Positions 48,675 to 58,334 of a stretch of 64,000 bases of DNA are shown piece after piece. A program made the position numbers and the translations under genes. Source of the DNA: Lentisphaerota bacterium (GTDB taxonomy: Bacteria > Verrucomicrobiota > Lentisphaeria > Victivallales > Victivallaceae); the NCBI GenBank assembly GCA_015061885.1, contig SUVS01000003.1, forward strand, positions 17,840 to 81,839. The letters are read 5' to 3'. The notes below the pieces were generated by a model, which worked only from the letters and a program-made list of their open reading frames with translations, was not told the origin of the DNA and searched no databases. Within the stretch, counting starts at the first letter, position 1. Every line of letters starts with the position of its first letter.

Positions 48675-48682
48675 AGTGCTGT

Positions 48683-50005
48683 TCAAAGCGGGAAATTCTT
48701 TATTCTGAACTGATTGTTTACCGTTTGCGGATCGCGTTCTTCATTTGGAGCAGCCGGATCGAGCAACTCCTGCAAATCGTAAGTTGCATCCACGGCAGTT
48801 TTCACCATTGCTATTGAATAGCGGGGTGCAAAGTGCTGTTTTTTAGCTTCGTAGCCGCCTTGCAGCAAAAAGTTCCCCGGACACATGTAATCCTGATAAC
48901 CGGTTGCCCCGAATGCAATAAAACTCTTGCGGAAAGCACTGTGCCATTTGACCTCTGCTCCCAGTTCCGCACACCATTCACCGGGTACGCCTACAAAGCA
49001 GACATCGCCAATGGCAAGGCATTGGATTTCCAGTTCGATTTCGTTTTTTCCCAAATCCTGTTCCCGCAACATATCCGGATTGTTGCGGTAAAGTTTCCGC
49101 AACGGCACTTGCAATGTCCGGCAAATCGCTCCGACCTTTGGCGATTGCATTTTGAAGCGTGCCGAATTACGCGAAGCATCTATCATACTGCGTAAAATAC
49201 CTTCTGCCAGATGTCTGCCCATTTCCCGGGTGCCTTCGCTGCCGAGTTCATCTTTTTTGGGGATCATATCGCCGCAGGCTCCGCTGACAAACATACACTC
49301 CGCACCGGTTTCGGCAGTAACATATTCACGGAAAGGTGCGGGGTAATCAGCAGAAATCCGCCTGCCTCCGGTACCGAACGAATGGGCCGCCAGCGGATGT
49401 GCCGCATAGTTGCCGATAACATAAGCCGGAAACCGTGCCATACCTTCTGCGGTGGGTATAAACATAACACTGCCGAGTTCCTGATCGGTAAATCCGTTGG
49501 CAAGCGGTCTGAATTCTGCATTGTGCGGCAGAAACGCCGCATAATTATCGGCACTCACCACCCGGCGGTTTTTGTTTTCATCGACCGCAATCGAATAAAA
49601 ATATGTGTGGCAATCAACTGCCTGCGGAGCATTAACAAGTTTCTGACACTCTTCCCGGAGAGCATTTTCCAGCATTTCCAGATAAGGCACATTCAAGTGG
49701 TCGCTGTAACCGGCTTCGCAGTTGGTCTGCGGCCCGCCGTGTGTATGTGTAAAGGTCAGCATGACTGCTTCCGGCGGAATATTGAGAATTGCACCGCACA
49801 TTTGCCGGAACTTATGGATATATTCTTTATCCATACACTGCAAATCAAAACTGATGAGCAGAACTCTGTTTTCGCCATCATCAGCCAGCAAGCCGGTCAT
49901 CAGAAGTTCGCTCCATTGCGAAAAAGATACATCATCCATGCAATACCCGGAAACTTTAGTACCGATTTCCGGAGTAATATCCCGTTTGAACCAAGAAATT
50001 TTCAT
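48683..50005 (-). CDS. neutral/alkaline ceramidase N-terminal domain-like hydrolase (short subtype)
   Basis: ATG 50005 (MKISWFKRDITPEIGTKVSGY). It has the ...LLISFDL...LTFTHTHGGPQ layout typical of the family. Its start overlaps the upstream stop by 4 nt. Confidence 0.6.
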   Translation of the reverse strand: MKISWFKRDITPEIGTKVSGYCMDDVSFSQWSELLMTGLLADDGENRVLLISFDLQCMDKEYIHKFRQMCGAILNIPPEAVMLTFTHTHGGPQTNCEAGYSDHLNVPYLEMLENALREECQKLVNAPQAVDCHTYFYSIAVDENKNRRVVSADNYAAFLPHNAEFRPLANGFTDQELGSVMFIPTAEGMARFPAYVIGNYAAHPLAAHSFGTGGRRISADYPAPFREYVTAETGAECMFVSGACGDMIPKKDELGSEGTREMGRHLAEGILRSMIDASRNSARFKMQSPKVGAICRTLQVPLRKLYRNNPDMLREQDLGKNEIELEIQCLAIGDVCFVGVPGEWCAELGAEVKWHSAFRKSFIAFGATGYQDYMCPGNFLLQGGYEAKKQHFAPRYSIAMVKTAVDATYDLQELLDPAAPNEERDPQTVNNQFRIKNFPL

Positions 50006-51189
50006 TTTACAGAACAACTCCTGTGTTGAATGGCTTTTTTCAAATTTTCCATAGCAATTTGCAGCTGACTGCGCGGCATTGCCACCGATAAACGGAAATG
50101 GTGCTGTTTGCCGCTGTAATCTGCTATCTCGTATGTATCGTAATAGTGGCCGGGATCGGCAGAAATCTTTGCTTGAGCAAAAAGTTCATTGAGTCCTTGA
50201 GTATCCAAATCAAGTTCCCGGCAATCCACCCAGAGCAGAAACGAGGCTTCCGGGCGGACGCATTTTACCGGTAAATCTGCCAGATATTCCATTGCCAGAT
50301 CAATATTGCCGCTCAAATATTTGAGCAATTCTTCCAGATATGCTTCGCCATGCAAATATGCCGCCGTTTGAGCCGCCAGCGAAAATACCGGCGGACGGCC
50401 GCATTCATGCCCGAACTCATACAGCTTATAACGCACTTTGTTCCGCAATTCTTCATTGGCAATGACCGCTGAACCGATGTGGCAACCGCCCAGATTGAAG
50501 GTTTTGGAGGCGGAAAACACCGTTATCGTCCGCTCCGCCATCCCCGGCAGATTCCCCAGCACGATATGTTTATGCCCCGGATAGATCAAATCGCGGTGAA
50601 TTTCGTCGCAAACGACTTTTACATCGTACTTTATAACCAATGCGGCAAGTTTTTCCAACTCTTCAATACGCCACACCCGGCCGGAGGGGTTGTGCGGACT
50701 GCAAAGCATCAGGACTTTGGCTCCGTTGCGGAAATGATTTTCCAGATCCGCAAAGTCAAATGTGTAATTACCATTTTCATCGCACAACAGCCGACTCTCG
50801 ACCTTATTTCGTCCCAACATGGCTGCACTGCGGATCGAAGGCGTATGCAATGGCAATACCACCACGACTTTATCGCCGGCTTCCGTCATGGCGTACATAC
50901 TGCACCGCATAGTGTTCAGCACACCGGGCGTGGCAATAAGGTGTTCACGCTCAATCGTTACACCGTGCCGCTTTGCTGTCCAGTCGATCACAGCCTGATA
51001 ATCTTCATCGCCCATTACTGTATAACCGTAATTGGCGGTATCTATACGCTTATGCAATGCTCCGGTTATTTCCGGCGGAACCGCAAAGTCCATATCCGCC
51101 ACGCTCATGGCTGTTACTTCAGCGGGCAGATTTATGAACTTGCAGGCGTTGCAATGACGGCGGTCGATCGTTTTATCAAAATCGTACAT
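50002..51189 (-). CDS. MalY/PatB-type PLP-dependent C-S lyase / class I-II aminotransferase
   Basis: ATG 51189 (MYDFDKTIDRR). PLP lysine motif SASKTFNLGG. 395 aa. Confidence 0.8.
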   Translation of the reverse strand: MYDFDKTIDRRHCNACKFINLPAEVTAMSVADMDFAVPPEITGALHKRIDTANYGYTVMGDEDYQAVIDWTAKRHGVTIEREHLIATPGVLNTMRCSMYAMTEAGDKVVVVLPLHTPSIRSAAMLGRNKVESRLLCDENGNYTFDFADLENHFRNGAKVLMLCSPHNPSGRVWRIEELEKLAALVIKYDVKVVCDEIHRDLIYPGHKHIVLGNLPGMAERTITVFSASKTFNLGGCHIGSAVIANEELRNKVRYKLYEFGHECGRPPVFSLAAQTAAYLHGEAYLEELLKYLSGNIDLAMEYLADLPVKCVRPEASFLLWVDCRELDLDTQGLNELFAQAKISADPGHYYDTYEIADYSGKQHHFRLSVAMPRSQLQIAMENLKKAIQHRSCSVK

Positions 51190-51193
51190 AATT

Positions 51194-52306
51194 TTACAAT
51201 CCGGTGTAAATTTCATCCCACGCCTCCGCCAGACCGGTGTTGATGCGAACCCCGTCTTCTTCGCGGATGGTGTAGGCACTTTCGGGCAGAGTTTTTATTT
51301 CGCCATGTTTATAGATTTGTTCCATAAGTTTTACATGTTCCGAAGCAAGTTCCGGCGTACAGATCCGCTGTGAGGGATCGCTGATACGATTGATAACGGC
51401 ATCAAACATGTAACGGTGATCGGCTTTGCCGGGGTAATCGAATCCTTCGATCAGATTGCCGTCGGCATCGCGGACTTCCCAGACGGCATTTTCTTCGTAA
51501 TAGACAGTACCTTTTTCACAACTTATCAGCATACGCGGAGCAAAAGTTTCGCCGCAGCAGTGCGTCAGCATGATCGTTGCGGGAATATTGCCGGCATTGA
51601 GTTTGACTATACCCGTATCAAAGTTTTCAATATCGCGGGAACGGCTCAACTCCGCACTGACCAGTTCCGGAACCGATGCCGCTTCGCGGTCGGCACATGA
51701 AAGGTACAAAAGCATATTCACATAATGGGCAAAGGCGTTGCAGAAAGGCGAATCCAGCACCGGCGAGTGTTTGCCGAAAATCCTGCCCGCCCAGTAGTTA
51801 CGCTGATAATAAGTGTTGCCGCGCGGCCAGCGGCCCATAAGTTTTATCTTCAATATCTTACCCAAAGCACCGCTGACCAGAAATTCTTTGACATGCTGGG
51901 TGGCAGGCTGATAAAAATGCTGATAGCCCACCGCCACAAAACGGTCAGTTTTATTGCGGGCGGCAATCATATTTTCCACGGCTGTCAAACTCCCGGCGAT
52001 GGGTTTTTCGACCATGACATTGCAGCCGGCCTCCAATGCCTGAATAGTCAGCGGTTCATGGCTTTCGATGCCTACGGGCAACCCGACAAGGTCAAACTGC
52101 ACACCGAGTTTGTAAAGTTCGTTGGCATCTTTAAGAATTTTTGCTCCGTGAGCTTGCAGTTTGTCGATACGTTCCTGCCATTTTTCCGGGAAAAAATCCA
52201 CTGCGGCAACCAGTTCAATGCGTTTTTCTTCCACCAGACGGCAGAAATTTTCCACATACATGTAGCCGTAACCGCCCACGCCGATAAGTGCAACTTTTAT
52301 ACTCAT
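51194..52306 (-). CDS. Gfo/Idh/MocA family oxidoreductase
   Basis: ATG 52306 (MSIKVALIGVGGYGYMY). EKP motif (VMVEKPIA). Confidence 0.8.
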   Translation of the reverse strand: MSIKVALIGVGGYGYMYVENFCRLVEEKRIELVAAVDFFPEKWQERIDKLQAHGAKILKDANELYKLGVQFDLVGLPVGIESHEPLTIQALEAGCNVMVEKPIAGSLTAVENMIAARNKTDRFVAVGYQHFYQPATQHVKEFLVSGALGKILKIKLMGRWPRGNTYYQRNYWAGRIFGKHSPVLDSPFCNAFAHYVNMLLYLSCADREAASVPELVSAELSRSRDIENFDTGIVKLNAGNIPATIMLTHCCGETFAPRMLISCEKGTVYYEENAVWEVRDADGNLIEGFDYPGKADHRYMFDAVINRISDPSQRICTPELASEHVKLMEQIYKHGEIKTLPESAYTIREEDGVRINTGLAEAWDEIYTGL

Positions 52307-52350
52307 AAAATCTATCCTTCTTTTATATTGAGAGGTAATTTCAAAAGTCC

Positions 52351-53337
52351 TCATATTGAAAGTTCACAATTTTTATCTGCCGATAACTGTGCGGTAAGTA
52401 CCGCACGGGTCACTTTGCAGGTCAAATTTGTTTCCGCCGCCAGATTGGGGCTTTTACTTTGTAAATCACGCACCAGCTGACCGAAAGACCCCAGTTCCGG
52501 CGTTTCCAGTTCCGGATATATGGTTTCGTTTTCAGTAATCAACTCCACCTTGCCCTGTGCTACTTCGATGACACCTTTTTCGCCCACTGCCCGCACCCGG
52601 TCGTCGCCGTGCGTGGCGGCTCCTGCCGGACGCATATAATCTATATCAGCCGAAGCTATCGCACCCGAATCAAGGGCAAAAATGCAATGGGCGGCGGTTT
52701 CCAGCGTGCCGCGGCTCTTTTCGCCGTAATGCTGGATCGCCCGCACCGAGGCGAACTCTCCGGCGTTACAGCAGGCTATCCAATCCACGGCATGGATTCC
52801 CACCCACGGAATAGTTCCGCCGTAGGTATCGCGGCTGAAAAAATATTCCGGACGGTTGCCGATCTTGTAGGATTTACGCGTGTAAATAAGTTTGATCTGC
52901 CCGACCGCACCGGATCTTATCAGCTTGAACGCCGTGTAGAAAGGTGCTTCAAAACGGATACCCATCATGCCGTAAAGTACGCCGTTGTGAGCTTTTACGG
53001 CGTCTTCAAGTTCAGTAAGTTCTTCCAGTGTTATGGCGGCAGGTTTTTCAGTAAAAACAGCTATGTTGCGTTCAATGGCATATTTGCACATGGCGGAGCG
53101 TTCTTCAAAAGGTCCGCCGATCACAACAATATCCACCTTGACCGTGTCGAGCATGGTGCGGTAATCTGCAAACACCTGCGGTTCCGGCCGCTGGAGCCGC
53201 TGCATTGCCGCCAGCGTGGATACAGGCTGCAGATCGCCGGCAGCCGCGGCGGCAACCACCTGACACTCCGGCAGTTTCGGCAAATCTTCAAAAAGATAGT
53301 TCAAATGCCCGATATTACCAATTACTGCAATATTCAT
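52351..53337 (-). CDS. Gfo/Idh/MocA family oxidoreductase
   Basis: ATG 53337 (MNIAVIGNIGHLNY). EKP motif (VFTEKPAA). It is the first gene of the minus-strand operon that follows the tandem-repeat region. Confidence 0.8.
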   Translation of the reverse strand: MNIAVIGNIGHLNYLFEDLPKLPECQVVAAAAAGDLQPVSTLAAMQRLQRPEPQVFADYRTMLDTVKVDIVVIGGPFEERSAMCKYAIERNIAVFTEKPAAITLEELTELEDAVKAHNGVLYGMMGIRFEAPFYTAFKLIRSGAVGQIKLIYTRKSYKIGNRPEYFFSRDTYGGTIPWVGIHAVDWIACCNAGEFASVRAIQHYGEKSRGTLETAAHCIFALDSGAIASADIDYMRPAGAATHGDDRVRAVGEKGVIEVAQGKVELITENETIYPELETPELGSFGQLVRDLQSKSPNLAAETNLTCKVTRAVLTAQLSADKNCELSI

Positions 53338-53393
53338 AAAATATATTTTCTTTCGTTTTTGCAATTTTCTGTATCTAAAACACTCCGCTCAAA

Positions 53394-53764
53394 GACAAGA
53401 CTGGACTTTGACCGTTTGCATCCTTTGGATGCAGCTGACAAAAGTATGTCGCAGTATTGTGGATGGATTGCAAAAAAGACAAAAGCGGGAAAGTTGAGGG
53501 TGCTACCCGGCGGGTAACAGCCGAAATTTTACCGTTTTTGGACTTTTGCAAGCCGCCGCAAGACAAGACTGGACTTTGACCGTTTGCATCCTTTGGATGC
53601 AGCTGACAAAAGTATGTCGTAGTATTGTGGATGGATTGCAAAAAAGACAAAAGCGGGAAAGTTGAGGGTGCTACCCGGCGGGTAACAGCCGAAATTTTAC
53701 CGTTTTTGGACTTTTGCAAGCCGCCGCAAGACAAGACTGGACTTTTGTCAGTTGCATCCTTTGT
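53394..53764. repeat. 168-bp tandem repeat, 2 full copies plus a diverged partial third
   Basis: Units start at 53394, 53562 and 53730. Copies 1 and 2 differ at one base (C53452 vs T53620). Each unit contains the hairpins TGCATCC-TTT-GGATGCA and TACCC-GGC-GGGTA. The 119-aa ORF at 53375-53734 is only its translation. Confidence 0.95.
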
Positions 53765-53815
53765 AAAATACCATAAAAAATGTAATCTTCAAATAAAAAA
53801 GCCGAGCCAGCTGAT

Positions 53816-54721
53816 TTATTTTTCTCTTTTTTCGCTGCTTTCAGTTTGAATCACCTCCGGATAAAATCTTTTGCGGAAAACACCCGGCGGCAGTTTGGTG
53901 TGCTGTTTGAATACTCTATTGAAATAATACTCATTGCTGAACCCCGACAACGCGGCAATACGCTTGATCGACATTTGAGTAGTCAGCAATAAATCACACG
54001 CCCGCTTGATCCTCGCAGAATTGAGCAACTCATTGAAATTTTTACCGAACTCCTCCTTCAACACATGACTGGTACGCGACGGCGACAACTCCAGATGTTC
54101 CGCCAGATCATTCAGCGTTATTTCCGGCGAAGCGACACGGCGGAGAAAAAAGCTGTTTATCTCGCCGCTGCGGTCAGTTTGCTTTTGTGCCGAAAACCGT
54201 TCATTTTCAGCAAATGCCAATGCCGCCGCACCGAACTGTTCAAGCGTACTCAACAATGCGGGCACTGCACTCTGCTGCCACACATTCATAGCCAGATAAA
54301 GGTTTTTCTGCTGCTCGCTCCAGCTCAACGGCAGCTCCATATCCCGATCCCGGAAAGTCCCGGCAAAGATCGTTGCTATATGTTCGCTGTTCCGCATCAA
54401 CGGCAATATCAGCTCCACAGCTCCGGCATGACACCGGCTGATAAAAGGCCTGCCCAGCCGGGCGGCTTCGTTCATGACCGCCCAATGGCAGTGATCGGTA
54501 CACAGCTTGATATTCCGCTTGCGGTTGAATATACAATAATCACAGCGGTGCAGATTACCACGCGGGTGCAGCATACCGCCGTCAGATAAAATCAATGCTC
54601 CGGTATGATCGTGTATCGTTATCTGCACATTGAGTTTCTGCTCAAGCGTCTGCCACTGTTCCAGAAAACGCTGACGCGGATTCTGTGCAGATAATTCAAG
54701 CGGAGTAAAAACTGCTTCCAT
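53816..54721 (-). CDS. AraC family transcriptional regulator with N-terminal PocR-like sensor domain
   Basis: ATG 54721 avoids overlap with the upstream gene. PocR-like Cys/His pattern (CDYC...C..HC...RCHAGAVELILP). C-terminal AraC HTH (IKRIAALSGFSNEYYFNRVFKQHT). Confidence 0.8.
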   Translation of the reverse strand: MEAVFTPLELSAQNPRQRFLEQWQTLEQKLNVQITIHDHTGALILSDGGMLHPRGNLHRCDYCIFNRKRNIKLCTDHCHWAVMNEAARLGRPFISRCHAGAVELILPLMRNSEHIATIFAGTFRDRDMELPLSWSEQQKNLYLAMNVWQQSAVPALLSTLEQFGAAALAFAENERFSAQKQTDRSGEINSFFLRRVASPEITLNDLAEHLELSPSRTSHVLKEEFGKNFNELLNSARIKRACDLLLTTQMSIKRIAALSGFSNEYYFNRVFKQHTKLPPGVFRKRFYPEVIQTESSEKREK

Positions 54722-54758
54722 AGTCAATTTCTGCCCAATACCGATTACCTCATTAAAT

Positions 54759-56807
54759 TCACATCTTCTGTATAAGGTAATAGATCGACGGGAATGTTCC
54801 ACCGATACGGAACGATACTTTGCCGTCCTTTTCAGTTACCGCTGTCCGCCCGATGTGCATACCGTGCGAAGTGATGGCTTCCACATGAAATCCGGTCTGC
54901 GAGTTCTCCAATTCAATATCCGCAACGATCACTTCCGCCTGAACCGGACCGTGACCTTTGCTGTACTGCACAGTACCTTCGTTATTATAAACAGAGTCGG
55001 TATTATCTGCCCTGCCGACAGCAGTCAGCAGAATGTTGTCAGATTCAGTAAGCGGTGCATCGGTCAAGCTCGAAAGTGCGATCACTGCAAAGGGATTTTC
55101 GCACTTGATCTTGAGATTTTTGAGCTTGATCTCTCCGGCGGCCCCCAGAAATCCGTAAGCGGCTTTGGTGCGTGCCGTGTCGATCCAGGCAAGTTTTTTG
55201 GCACTGTTGCGGTAGAGTTCGCCGCTTTCGGAAACGAATTCCACTGCATCAGCCGGCACGATCCGTTCATTACCATCATGCAGTTCGGCGGCGGCGGGTT
55301 TTTCCACGCCCTCCGGCAGAGTGCCGATCTTAACCACTTCAGCGGCACCATCAAGAGCGGGGAAATCCTCCTGCCACAAGATGTGATCTTTTTCTGCCGG
55401 CAAATCCGGATCGCAGTCCGACGCCATGACTCCTTTGTAGGGCACTGCCAGAAAGCGTTGAGATTCAGCAACATCGCCACGCCGCATTATCAGCGAAGCA
55501 TGATAGAACAGACCAAACTTTGCCGGGTCGTTGAAAGTATCAAACACACCGCTGCGATACGGCACACCCGCCAGAGCATCGCCGGTGATCGGTTCAGCGA
55601 TCATATCCACATTGGGGCGGCAGTCGTAACGGTAAGTATGTATCGCAGTACCGCCCCAGCCTTGCAATGCCGATACTGCCGCCAGATTCAACACACATTC
55701 AGCACGCCACGGATTGGGCCACGGCACATCCCACTCCGAAATGAAAAACGGTTTGTTGGCAAGACGCATGAACGAACCGGCATTGTACCACGGATCAAAG
55801 TGAGCAAGCATACTGCGGTTGTCCACCAGTTTGATATCCGGCTTCCATCCCCAGTTGTAATGATACGGATGCACATCCATAAAGTCCATATTCTTCTGCG
55901 ACTGCTGACTGGCGGCATAGCCGAATTTCCAGGTGGTTCCGGCAATAGGGATCTTCACGCCGATCTTACGCAGATAATCATACATATCTTCAAAATAACG
56001 GGTCTGGACTTCCATCTTGAACCGCGTAAGCTCTGCATTGCCCTCGTTAGTAAGATCGACCGGAGTTTTTTCCGGCTCCATACCTTTATTCTGCCGCCAC
56101 TGCTGATACATATTTTCAAAATCTGTCCGGTAAGGCTCCGAAAAACGCAGACAGGAAAAACTGCTCAACAGCTCATTTTCGTTGACGACCTCCGTCATGG
56201 CAAAGACCGGGTCATCGCAATATTTGAGTTTTGTATAGGGGTTGTAGCGTTCCCAAATTTGCGAACAGAACTCCTTCTGCCGCTGGATCAACACCGGATC
56301 AAAGTTGGATGCCGGTCTGCCTCCGTCGTTCAGCAGTTCCGGCGAGCGGGCCCCATCGCCGGTGCGGAACCGCCGGTAAGTGAGCAGATCCATATATACA
56401 TAAATGCCTTCTTTCTTCAACGCATAGATCAGATAATCCAGCCGATCCATGCTTTCCGGGTCAAGATTCATGGTATCGTTAAGGCGTTTGCCTTTGGTGA
56501 ACTGAAAAATGTTCGGAGTTGACCAATCGCCATCCATCTGATGAAAACGCACCAGATTCAGACCGAACTTGGCAAGTCTGCGGGCAACCATATCGCTGTA
56601 TTCATGTGTGGGAAAATTGGCGGCACTATTGAAGTTGGTTCCCCAGAAACGGGCTTCGGTGCCGTCTTCAAAAACAAATTTATCTTCTTTTTGAGTTACA
56701 AAGCCATGGATACCGGCAGGTTTTTCATTTTCAAAAACAAACGATATATCCACCGGGGCATCATCCCACGGCAAAGTATAACTGACAGTTCTTATTTTGT
56801 TGATCAT
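54759..56807 (-). CDS. clan GH-A glycoside hydrolase (GH5-like TIM barrel with C-terminal beta domains)
   Basis: 682 aa with RFWGTNF, GLNLVRFHQMD, VVNENE (acid/base) and FISEWD (candidate nucleophile). No signal peptide. Confidence 0.6.
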   Translation of the reverse strand: MINKIRTVSYTLPWDDAPVDISFVFENEKPAGIHGFVTQKEDKFVFEDGTEARFWGTNFNSAANFPTHEYSDMVARRLAKFGLNLVRFHQMDGDWSTPNIFQFTKGKRLNDTMNLDPESMDRLDYLIYALKKEGIYVYMDLLTYRRFRTGDGARSPELLNDGGRPASNFDPVLIQRQKEFCSQIWERYNPYTKLKYCDDPVFAMTEVVNENELLSSFSCLRFSEPYRTDFENMYQQWRQNKGMEPEKTPVDLTNEGNAELTRFKMEVQTRYFEDMYDYLRKIGVKIPIAGTTWKFGYAASQQSQKNMDFMDVHPYHYNWGWKPDIKLVDNRSMLAHFDPWYNAGSFMRLANKPFFISEWDVPWPNPWRAECVLNLAAVSALQGWGGTAIHTYRYDCRPNVDMIAEPITGDALAGVPYRSGVFDTFNDPAKFGLFYHASLIMRRGDVAESQRFLAVPYKGVMASDCDPDLPAEKDHILWQEDFPALDGAAEVVKIGTLPEGVEKPAAAELHDGNERIVPADAVEFVSESGELYRNSAKKLAWIDTARTKAAYGFLGAAGEIKLKNLKIKCENPFAVIALSSLTDAPLTESDNILLTAVGRADNTDSVYNNEGTVQYSKGHGPVQAEVIVADIELENSQTGFHVEAITSHGMHIGRTAVTEKDGKVSFRIGGTFPSIYYLIQKM

Positions 56808-56818
56808 AAACCAAGCCC

Positions 56819-58309
56819 TTATTTGATTTTTTCAAGGATTTCAAGTGTTTTTTCCACCAGAGTCTGACCGCCTTCGGCGGCAACGAGATTATCAAAACAG
56901 CACGCACTGTATCCCCGGTTTTCCCTTGCCCGCTCAGTCGGCAGATAAGTCCCCACCGAACCCGGCGTGGCGGCAAGCTGGATAACAAAAGTCTGGGCAA
57001 ACGGACTGCGGGCCTGAATACGGTGCATGTAATCCATATAAAGCTCAAACTGATTGGAGGCAAACGCCACTTCGCCGATACGCAAAACATGCACTTCTGT
57101 GTGATGGAACAAATCTTTCTGCTGGTCAATATAGCGGTCAATAATATCCTGACAGCGTTTGCGTGCCATGCAGAGAATACTGTTGGCTTTCAGACATGCC
57201 ACCGGATCGCCGTCGGTGATCCAGCTTTTTTCCGCCAGTTCTGCAAGATTTTTCTGCTGATCGAGATATTCAGCTTCAGTTATCATACGCCGCGGCAGAT
57301 CAAGCATCAGCGTTTCATGCTTTACTTCAAGAGTTTTCTGAATATCATTCTTTGCCCAGCTGTAAACTTCTCTGAAGCCTTCCAACACCCGCTGGGCAAT
57401 ATCGCTGCGGACAAACTCGTCCTCGAAAGACTCTTCGCGGCCGTATTTAAGTTTGAAACGCCGCTTTTGAGCTTCCTTGTAATGCAATATACGCGGAGCC
57501 AGATCCCCCGCCGCAGCAGCCTGACCAAGTATGTAAATATCGCCGAACTCCTGCCGGATCAGATCCCGGATCTCGTGCCAATAACTGGCACTGATCTTAT
57601 ATATATTTTCGGAACTCTGCGACGGACATGGTATATTGATGATACAGCCGGTAAGCTCATCGGATTCGTCAAAAGTAAAAAATACATTCAGAAAATGGTC
57701 GCCGCCGGCTTCGTAACCGCTGAACATCTTATCATTGGTATTGCCATACATCCGGGCATGTCCATCCACCAGAATACCGCTTTCTTTAGAATTTTCCGGC
57801 CGCAGAGATGTATCGTCAAAGTAAAGCACTCTCCGGCTGTTGCCGATCGCCGCAAAACCATAGCCGTAGCCCACGCCGCCGGCGGTACGCTTCTGCCACG
57901 CTTCCACGATCGCCCCGGCGGTTTCCCGCACCAGAAACGCCCGGTAAATATTGCCCGGTTCGACCTCGATTTCCGTCGGGATCGTACCGTCGGAAACATA
58001 ATTACTGTCAGCAGTATCCGGTGCGGTATGGGTATGAGTGGCATTCATCAAAATCTTTTCCACCGGGATACTTTCATCCACAGCTTTGACCAACGCACGA
58101 ACTTCCTGCAATACCACACTGCTGATTCCGGTCGAATCAACTGCGGTGAAGATAACGGCATCGCCGCCGCTTTCCACCGCCAGTGCAGTAACTGTTACCG
58201 GATCCTGCACGCCTTCGCTTATACGCATGTGCATCTGTCCGGGGATATTTACCCTGGCGGTGGTGGATACATCCCGTGCCGCCCAGCCGATCTTGACTTG
58301 AGAACTCAT
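56819..58309 (-). CDS. ceramidase N-terminal domain-like hydrolase (long subtype)
   Basis: 496 aa with KIGWAARDVS...GVQDPVTVTALAVE...NATHTHTAPD. The C-terminus FELYMDYMHRIQARSPFAQTF is nearly identical to the paralog at 62848. Confidence 0.6.
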   Translation of the reverse strand: MSSQVKIGWAARDVSTTARVNIPGQMHMRISEGVQDPVTVTALAVESGGDAVIFTAVDSTGISSVVLQEVRALVKAVDESIPVEKILMNATHTHTAPDTADSNYVSDGTIPTEIEVEPGNIYRAFLVRETAGAIVEAWQKRTAGGVGYGYGFAAIGNSRRVLYFDDTSLRPENSKESGILVDGHARMYGNTNDKMFSGYEAGGDHFLNVFFTFDESDELTGCIINIPCPSQSSENIYKISASYWHEIRDLIRQEFGDIYILGQAAAAGDLAPRILHYKEAQKRRFKLKYGREESFEDEFVRSDIAQRVLEGFREVYSWAKNDIQKTLEVKHETLMLDLPRRMITEAEYLDQQKNLAELAEKSWITDGDPVACLKANSILCMARKRCQDIIDRYIDQQKDLFHHTEVHVLRIGEVAFASNQFELYMDYMHRIQARSPFAQTFVIQLAATPGSVGTYLPTERARENRGYSACCFDNLVAAEGGQTLVEKTLEILEKIK

Positions 58310-58334
58310 TTTTTTCTCTTATACAACATAAAAC

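Noticed and set aside
48469-48713. 79-aa and 74-aa plus-strand ORFs in the htpG downstream region
   Set aside because: They overlap each other in different frames and run through hairpins and repeats. They lack SD sequences, and one of them reads past the stop of the convergent gene at 48683.
53375-53734. 119-aa ORF with an internally duplicated sequence
   Set aside because: It is only the conceptual translation of the 168-bp tandem DNA repeat. It has no SD and an implausible composition, and its duplication boundaries coincide exactly with the DNA repeat units.
53394-53764. Possible CRISPR array
   Set aside because: The repeat units are 168 bp and directly abut each other with no unique spacers. 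There are no cas genes in the window.
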